This document shows, piece after piece, positions 31,495 to 38,569 of a DNA stretch of 64,000 bases. Position numbers and translations under genes: made by a program. The notes under the pieces were generated by a model. It made no database searches. It saw only the letters and a program-made list of their open reading frames with translations, and was not told the DNA's origin. This DNA is from Carpediemonas membranifera BICM (taxonomy: Eukaryota > Protista > Fornicata): assembly GCA_019828565.1 (NCBI GenBank), contig JAHDYR010000034.1, forward strand, positions 88,209-152,208. Direction: 5' to 3'. Every line of letters starts with the position of its first letter. Within the stretch, counting starts at the first letter, position 1.

Positions 31495-34045
31495 TCAATT
31501 CTGTCTGCTACACTCTCCACACAGGCAGCAAACTAACTCTATGCCATGGTCCGCCAGACTGCATGACATCGTGCCCTCCTCACCCCACGTCAGCGTCGTA
31601 TGCTCTTCTACAAACTCCCACACTTCATCAACAGTCTCCTGAAAGGTCTGGATCATCTCACGAGTTGGCTCGAAGGTCACGGTGGTCAGTGTGCGGACAC
31701 CAAACCAATGCTTCGCATCCTTACAGCAGTCGTGAACTCGCACACACTTGAGTCGCTGGAGCTGGGGGACAGAGTAGTCCTGCCGACCAAAAGAACGCAT
31801 GCCCGTCAGGAAGGAACACGCGAGAGTTGTCTGCTCGATCAAGCAAATGCCCTCAAGGACTGCCTTCCTGTGCAACTTGGCTGCTACCTCCTGGTTCTTG
31901 ATGAACTCTCGCTCAAAGTACTCCTCTAGGATATAGAACAGCGGCACCTTGAGATGCTTGTGGCACAGGGGCTGCGTCGTGAGTCTGCTGATGCTGTAGA
32001 GGTTCTCAGCGCACGGTTTCTCCTTCGTCTTCGCTTCGCTGCTTGATAGCAGGGATATGGAAGTCTTATCCTTGTTAGGAATGAACGCAATCGTGACGTG
32101 AATGAGGTGGGCCACTGCGGCAGCCATGAAGTGAAACGCGACAGCCGCGTCAGTCACAGGTTCGGACGAGTAGTACATGGCCTGGAGGTAGCCAATGAGC
32201 CGAATGATATCTTGAATGCACTCAGGGAGAGCAACGTAGTCCTCTTGGGTCGTGGCAGCCATCCTTACACGTGCGGACGACTGCTCGTTACAACCTACGG
32301 TCCTATCGATGCTTCGCATGGACGACATACGGCCAAGCTTGAGGTTGAGGAGCTTATTCTGGATGATCTCCTCGCGGGACCCGCGGGTGGTGGGATGCTT
32401 CTTGAAAGAACCACAGATATGGGCAACCTGCTCGAGTAAACGGTGCGAGTCGTGCATGAATGGAGGGCATATGACGATCTTCTCAAGAGGGATGACACTA
32501 CAATTCTCGAACACCATGCGTTCATTGGTGAAATCGCCATAGATTGCAAGTACATCTTGAACTCGGTTCGGGTCGTCGACTTCAGCCTGGTATGCTGTCT
32601 TATCGTCCAGGTTGTCCTTGATGGTGAGACGATGGCGGCCTGCTATCGGGTGGAGCGCCTTACTTTTGTGGTAAATCGTGTTGCAAGGGTGTGGATAGTT
32701 GGGCCGGCCCGACTTTCTGGACAGCATGTGGCGGAGGGCGGCATGATCGCCCATGACGATGACATGGTCGAAGATTGTGACCTCACCAGTGTCTCTGATG
32801 GGTATCTGACTCGTGTATAGGCGCTCAATCTCCTTCTCGACGCGAGAAAGAGACTCTTCCATCAACAAATCACCCTCGCTACCCATATACTCGACTATAC
32901 GGAAAGGTGGAGTAATCTTGTTGGGGAATGTGAAGCCTGTGGGGTCGTAGATGCGGAGCTTGAAGGCAGCAGAACCCCCTTTCCACCCGTCAAGCCATAG
33001 TAGGATCTTCATGGGGCTAAACGTGACTCCAACCCTGTTGCCAAGGGCGTTCTTGCATCGAACGTAGTTGGGCTGGTCCGACTCGAGCCATTCCGGGTGG
33101 CGAACAGCTTGCTTGAGGTAACGAACGGCATCAAACCAGACTCGATCAACCTTGTCCCATGTGGAGCTGTTGAGCCGCTTGCCGAGGGTGACTCCCTGGG
33201 TCTGCTTGAGCTCAGGGCGATGACTTGTGGCCTCATCGCTCGTCTCGTAGTGAAGATCAAGCATTGGCTTCTCCCACTTGAAGTCAATGACGTTCTCCGC
33301 GTCCGTCAGGGGCTGGATATCGACACCCTCGTCCACCGTTAGGCGATTGGTGCACTCGAGTCTCGACTTTGTGCCATTTCTGCCCCACCGCCAGGTCGTG
33401 TTGACTGTGACAGACTCCACAGGGACGAGATGACCCAAGAAAGCAACCTCTGGTCTAGTCAGCGCTGCAACCAGGCCGTTGATCTTGGTGATATTGACCT
33501 GCAACTGCTTCACGAAGATATCAGCAGCCTTGCTGGAGATGATTGGCATATGAAGTCGCGCAGAAAGACTACGGATGAGCTTAAAGAGCTCATGGGTTGC
33601 GTTACAACCCGACTTGATGTACATCAGGATAGAAACAAGCTCCAAAAATCTGCTTGTAGTTGTCAGTTTCCTCAGTTGAGACCTCGTGCTGTCTCCGCAA
33701 GCGTTCGTGGGTGACAGCAATACGCGCGTGGTCACGTACGAAGACATCGAAGGTCGGGGCGACTCCTCTATGGGAACGTACTGCACGCAAGAAGGGTCGA
33801 GAGTCGTGCGGGTCGGCGAAAAATCTCGGATCGACCTCCATGTCCGCAAATAGGCCCTGGTTAGCCATTTCCAAGATGAGTTCACGGAATTCTCGGCGCT
33901 GGCGGCCTCGATCCTGTGTATTTCCGCCAATACCAACAAGGGAGAGGTATGTATGAGCGAGAATGTAGTTCATACGCTCTGCAGTCCTTGGAGGGCCAGT
34001 ATTGTCGTAGACAGTGCCAATGAAGGTCTGTATGACAATGTGCAT
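31495..34045 (-). CDS. Putative DDE transposase of the CMC (CACTA/Mirage/Chapaev)-like group; N-terminus probably in the overlapping ORF 33602-34045
   Basis: Largest ORF between the TIRs. Candidate catalytic motifs LLWLDG, VMGDHAA..YPHPC, PPFMH, EEYFERE; C-terminal Cys cluster. Confidence 0.7.
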
Positions 34046-34560
34046 GCTCAGGAATTTTTGCTGAAGTCACTTTCACATTTCACAAGTTTCACAAGAGTTT
34101 GTGAAAGATTTTTGGTTTGGGGCTTCCGCTGCTCTGTTTCCTCCAAAAAGTTGTGAGCAGCAACTACACTGAGTTTTATACGTATTCTATGCTTCTCATA
34201 CCCATTGATGCGTTATTGCGCAATTCTGCTTTGCCCTCAAAGGAAAAGTGAATTTGAATTTCCCCCTGAATCTTGCAAGATACTGCGGAAGTAACGGTAA
34301 GAAAAAATGAAACTCGCCAACGAAAGCAGCTGGAAGAAAATGGTAAAAAGTATTGGAACTAGGACAATATGGTGTACACTCTGAGCAACTTCATTTCTTT
34401 CTGGCGTTCACCTGTGTCACGAGCTCTTTGGGCACTGTTTCGGGCGTTAGGACAAACCAAGGGTTCCATGATCCTTTGTTGATCTAGTTACACCTCTGTT
34501 GTTAGCACAATCTTCCAAGACCATCTCATCGTTGATAAAATTTGGCAGATTTTCGAATGC

Positions 34561-34667
34561 GAGAAAATGAAGACTTCCCCACAGAACCTGAGTATGTACG
34601 GATAGTACTTGACCCCCATGGATTATCCCCCCATGTTTGGTTTTTGTGGGGAAGTCTTCATTTTCTC
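34561..34667. repeat. 23-bp perfect inverted repeat around a ~60-bp spacer
   Basis: GAGAAAATGAAGACTTCCCCACA at 34561 and its reverse complement ending at 34667. Confidence 0.8.
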
Positions 34668-34818
34668 AATCTCTGATTCAATCATTAATTCATACGGAAG
34701 TAGAAGATACTGGAGGCTGAAAACTTCAGAGGGCATTGCTATTAGCTATAAAACACCGCTGTTAAGATCCCATGTTCGAACGAGCACTTCACATTTACAA
34801 CATAAAATGCGTTATCCT

Positions 34819-35002
34819 CTTTTATCAACACTGACACCATGTGATACTTCAAGACGCCAGACATGTCTTTTATGCTTCTATAACTACCTTCTAGATGTTC
34901 TGGAGGTGCCTGAGATCGCCTGGATCGCGAGGTTTGACCAGCGTTGACACATGAGTATCTCCAGAGTATCTCCCGGGAGACTCTAGCCATTCTTACAGTA
35001 TG
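34819..35002 (-). repeat. Right end / TIR of the DNA transposon
   Basis: Ends ACAGTATG, followed by the TSD GG. Confidence 0.95.
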
Positions 35003-37699
35003 GGACTCACCGCAATTAGCTACCAAGCTCCCATCGATGAACGCGCGATGGTTCGTTTGGAAAAGGTTCGGTGCGTCCCTAGAAGTCTGCAATCTCTTAC
35101 GCGAGGGCGTTCCCATACAGCTCAACCGGCTGCACTCACCCCCATCACCTCAGGCCAGCATCGACCGCAGGATCCTGGACAAGCTCAAGGACCAGCTCGC
35201 CTCGGGGGCTCTCATCAAGTCATCCATGCGCAAGCTCCGTCACAGCGCCCCCCTCTTCTCTGTAGCCAAGGGCGAGACCGATATCCGTGTCATCCACGAC
35301 TTGCGGCACCTCAACGCCATCACCAAGGAGCGTCGGGTCTTTCGCTTATTCGGCGTACGACGAGCGGTGGGCCTTCTCGCTCAGGGCGACTATATGGCAA
35401 AGATAGACCTCTCGGACGGCTATCATCAGCTAGGCGTGAAGCCCCAAGACGCTCCGCTCTTGGGAGTGGTTCTTCCCAACGGCCAGGCTTATCACTATAC
35501 AGGCCTGTCGTTCGGGTGGACAGCGGCTCCATATTTCTTCCAGCTGGTGATGGTACAAGCCGCGAGGATCCTAGCGTTGCGCTTCAAGGTCAAGGTGAGT
35601 GTGTATCTAGACGACTTCCTGCTGGCCCATGCAGATCAAGCCTACCTCCGATCGATAGGGCCAGAGGTGCTCAGGACCCTTCAGCTTCTCGGCATCATCG
35701 TGAACGTCCGAAAGAGCGAGCTCGAGCCCGTCCAGCTCATCCAGTACCTGGGAGTTCTGCTCGACACACGCTCCATGACCATCAGCCTTCCCAAGGACAA
35801 AGCAGAGAAGTACCGCAACACCATCAGGGCCGCTTTATCCTCCAACAAGATCACGGCACAGGACTGGGCGTCAGTGATAGGCCGCCTGGGCTTCTTCGCC
35901 TACACGTCGAGGCTCGTCCACAAGCTGCGTCGGCTACAAGCACTCCGTCCATCATCCGAGCTAGTCCTTCAACCGGCAGACAGAGCCGAGCTCGAACAGT
36001 GGGAAGCCCTCTTACTCTCATGCCCAACAAGACCGTTCGCAGATCTCTTTCCCTCGTGGGATCTCGACCTGTGCGTGACCTCGGATGCCTCGGACGAGGG
36101 CTGGGGAGCAGTCATCTTCAACCCCGGCACAAGCGACTCTTCCATTCAGGGCACATTCCCAGCCAACATTGCGACGGAGTCCATCAACGTTCGAGAGCTG
36201 TATGCCGTGGTCCGTGCCGTCGAATCCCTTCCAAGCTTCAAGGAGCGCAGGGTGCTCACCGTCTTCACGGACAACTCCACAGCCCAGGCTTGGGTCAACC
36301 ATCAGGGCTCTACGCACGCGCCCCAAGCTGCGATGGATCTTGTGCAGGAGCTTCACACTCTGCTCGCAAGCCGCAACCTTATCATCAAGGCCGAGTTCAC
36401 GCCGGGTCGAGCCAACATCCACGCAGACCGGCTGTCTCGCAACATAGAGGTGCCTCCGACACTGACAGAGCAGCTCCTAGCTCTGTGGGGGCCGGCCAAC
36501 ACCATCTGGGAGGGCGACGGCCCGAAGGTCTGGCGCGGTCGTCGAGTTCTGGTGGTGAATACAGCAGTGACGAGAGCAGTGACGAGTCTATGTCTCAAGG
36601 CTACAGCTCCGACAGCACCTACGTCCCATCCGAGGACCTGGACCTCGTCGATATTCCTCCTCGTGAAAGACACTATGTCGCCAGAGTTGCGCCTCCTCAA
36701 GCAGGCAGCTCGCCTGAAGCGCTACTTCTCGATCACCGAGCCCCAGAGCGGCATGAAGTCGAGGTACATCGGTCTGGCCCTTCCAACCTGTTCGAAGGAA
36801 TCAGACTATCTGATCAGCTCTCGCACCTCGAGGAGCAAGGAAGGCGAGCGGTCGCCGGCTGGGTTACCAAGTTCATCGAGAGTAGAGATCCGAAGCTGTC
36901 CCACGCAGCCCAGTTCAGGGCATTCCTGCTCAAAGAGGGAAGGAACTCAGGGCCGGACTCGGTCGGCCGCAAGGCTTACTGGGTCATCCAAGCAGCCCCG
37001 CGATGGTCTAGCTGGAGAGTTCCTCTTGACGCGCAGGCGATCCAGAAAGAAGCCCGCAAGAGAGCTACCCTGAAGGGTCTCACCGGAGGGTCACGCCCAG
37101 TCTACAGGATCGAGATGAGCGACGCCATCGCGAACCGCAACAGTTCTATCAGGGCATACCAGGCAACCCTGTTTGCGTCCATGTGCTACTTGACGGTCAG
37201 TCGAGGAAGGGAGATCTTCACGCTAACGCCCGGGCGCATCACCTTCGAGCCTAACGGTGACGCCACGCTCGGCATCCCTCGTACCAAGACCATGATAGGG
37301 GTGGCTAAGAGACTCCCTAACGTCTGGATCCAGGGTTTTAACCCAGCTAAGGCTTTACAGCGCTGGCTGACTGGCCTATCTCTTCCGGACGATGCCTGCA
37401 TGTGGCGGGAGGTGACTCCCCGCAATACGCTCAGTCGTCGCAACCCACGGTCAGCTAGGGGTTTGCTGCAGGACGTGAAGCGCTTATTCGGCCCAAGGTC
37501 GGGCTGGCATTCGTTCCGCAAGGGTGCCGCCTCGGAGCTTGCCCTATGTGGCACGCCTCTGGAGGCCCTGCTCGCCATGGGTACCTGGCGGGAGGTTCGT
37601 AGTTTGCGCTCTTACATCGGACAGGCTATGCGCAACGAGCCTCTCTTCGTCCGCGAAGCGACAAGGAGTCTGCTGCGGCCTAGCGCGAAGCGTCTTTAA
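35003..37699 (+). CDS. Y2 tyrosine recombinase (core from ~36780), frame open across the whole RT ORF
   Basis: SRGRE, RTKT, HSFRKG, GTW, RSY. Confidence 0.85.
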   Translation, partial: GLTAISYQAPIDERAMVRLEKVRCVPRSLQSLTRGRSHTAQPAALTPITSGQHRPQDPGQAQGPARLGGSHQVIHAQAPSQRPPLLCSQGRDRYPCHPRLAAPQRHHQGASGLSLIRRTTSGGPSRSGRLYGKDRPLGRLSSARREAPRRSALGSGSSQRPGLSLYRPVVRVDSGSIFLPAGDGTSREDPSVALQGQGECVSRRLPAGPCRSSLPPIDRARGAQDPSASRHHRERPKERARARPAHPVPGSSARHTLHDHQPSQGQSREVPQHHQGRFILQQDHGTGLGVSDRPPGLLRLHVEARPQAASATSTPSIIRASPSTGRQSRARTVGSPLTLMPNKTVRRSLSLVGSRPVRDLGCLGRGLGSSHLQPRHKRLFHSGHIPSQHCDGVHQRSRAVCRGPCRRIPSKLQGAQGAHRLHGQLHSPGLGQPSGLYARAPSCDGSCAGASHSARKPQPYHQGRVHAGSSQHPRRPAVSQHRGASDTDRAAPSSVGAGQHHLGGRRPEGLARSSSSGGEYSSDESSDESMSQGYSSDSTYVPSEDLDLVDIPPRERHYVARVAPPQAGSSPEALLLDHRAPERHEVEVHRSGPSNLFEGIRLSDQLSHLEEQGRRAVAGWVTKFIESRDPKLSHAAQFRAFLLKEGRNSGPDSVGRKAYWVIQAAPRWSSWRVPLDAQAIQKEARKRATLKGLTGGSRPVYRIEMSDAIANRNSSIRAYQATLFASMCYLTVSRGREIFTLTPGRITFEPNGDATLGIPRTKTMIGVAKRLPNVWIQGFNPAKALQRWLTGLSLPDDACMWREVTPRNTLSRRNPRSARGLLQDVKRLFGPRSGWHSFRKGAASELALCGTPLEALLAMGTWREVRSLRSYIGQAMRNEPLFVREATRSLLRPSAKRL
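35037..37073 (+). CDS. Y2 RT-RNase H with a reduced MT-like tail
   Basis: IDLSDGYHQ, LSFGW, YLDD; TSDASD..REL..TDN..ADRLSR. Confidence 0.9.
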   Translation: MNARWFVWKRFGASLEVCNLLREGVPIQLNRLHSPPSPQASIDRRILDKLKDQLASGALIKSSMRKLRHSAPLFSVAKGETDIRVIHDLRHLNAITKERRVFRLFGVRRAVGLLAQGDYMAKIDLSDGYHQLGVKPQDAPLLGVVLPNGQAYHYTGLSFGWTAAPYFFQLVMVQAARILALRFKVKVSVYLDDFLLAHADQAYLRSIGPEVLRTLQLLGIIVNVRKSELEPVQLIQYLGVLLDTRSMTISLPKDKAEKYRNTIRAALSSNKITAQDWASVIGRLGFFAYTSRLVHKLRRLQALRPSSELVLQPADRAELEQWEALLLSCPTRPFADLFPSWDLDLCVTSDASDEGWGAVIFNPGTSDSSIQGTFPANIATESINVRELYAVVRAVESLPSFKERRVLTVFTDNSTAQAWVNHQGSTHAPQAAMDLVQELHTLLASRNLIIKAEFTPGRANIHADRLSRNIEVPPTLTEQLLALWGPANTIWEGDGPKVWRGRRVLVVNTAVTRAVTSLCLKATAPTAPTSHPRTWTSSIFLLVKDTMSPELRLLKQAARLKRYFSITEPQSGMKSRYIGLALPTCSKESDYLISSRTSRSKEGERSPAGLPSSSRVEIRSCPTQPSSGHSCSKREGTQGRTRSAARLTGSSKQPRDGLAGEFLLTRRRSRKKPARELP

Positions 37700-38015
37700 C
37701 GCTGCGCTCCTAATCATTCCAAACAATCTTTAAACGCGTTCGTCGAAGCGAAATGGTTTCGCTGGCGCCTTGATCCGCTCCCGCTATAACAATGCGAGGT
37801 TATTGTAGTGTGAGAGTAGCGGTAGTAGTGTGTCCTCTGGGTGAGTGGTTCCCTCTGGGTTGGTGATTATATGTTAGTTGGCCATGTTATTGGCGCTACA
37901 TCGTCAGTAAGGTTACCTCGGGTAACGGGCCCGGAGCGGAGGGCGATGTGATAGCCTCACTCCGGGCAAAAGGTGTTTCGCCGGTCAGGCGAGTCACGCA
38001 GTTTATGCGGACAGA

Positions 38016-38569
38016 ATGGCGCAAGGTTCGGATCCGCCGGATCCGACGGCAACACGCTTAGATAAGCTAGAAGCTTCAATCAATTCCATGTCCGAAGCCC
38101 TGAACAGGCTTGCTCCTCCGCCTCCGCCAGAGAAAGAACCTGACGACGAAATGCTCGAAAGTTCCACCGTTGCTAGGTTCAATACCTCCGAATCGTTGGA
38201 GGAGGACACGATGGAGGACATAGATGCAACTCTGGCAGAGATGGACACCTTCTCGGAGTTACCAAGCAAGAGACCTCTCAAGGCAGAAGCGAAGTGGCTT
38301 CAACGCGTTGTCGTGATCACTAGTGCTCTCCCAGATTCCGCGACGAAACAACGTCTTCTTCTCGAACTACAGGCTCGTAGAATGGTCCTAGACCTCAAAG
38401 ATGATAACTGGTCCGATGCCACGACCGAGCTGTTTCAGGACCTCTTCAACAGCACAGAAAGCAAGAGCAGCCGCACCATCGCTTACTGCGCAGCGAAGGC
38501 CCGCTCTAAGGGCAGGCGTAAGGACACCAACGGTAACATGGGGGGTTTCACAAGAAGAAGAGAACATAA
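38016..38569 (+). CDS. Y3 gag-like ORF1 (end inferred by restoring one G in the run at ~38540)
   Basis: LP..R.L..EA.W..L.LKD.W.D...AKA..KG pattern shared by the ORF1s; the Y1 homolog ends GGFHKKHKK*. Confidence 0.75.

Larger units (their letters stand above)
21611..35002. mobile_element. Composite CMC/CACTA-like DNA transposon, 13.4 kb
   Basis: 184-bp inverted repeats (21611-21794, 34819-35002) starting CATACTGT, 2-bp TSD GG, extra internal left end at 23667. Confidence 0.9.
20957..37890 (+). mobile_element. YR retrotransposon Y2 (20957-21610 and 35003-37890), split by the composite DNA transposon
   Basis: gag from ATG 21081 (LPNRFGLRDEAKWL..AKAKIKG) lies left of the insertion; RT-RH and YR lie right of it; the frames rejoin once the insert and one GG are removed. 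Confidence 0.9.

Noticed and set aside
23667-35002. Polinton, virophage or endogenous virus
   Set aside because: No recognisable pPolB, packaging ATPase, capsid or rve integrase; the 2-bp TSD and CA-starting TIRs fit a CMC-like transposon better.
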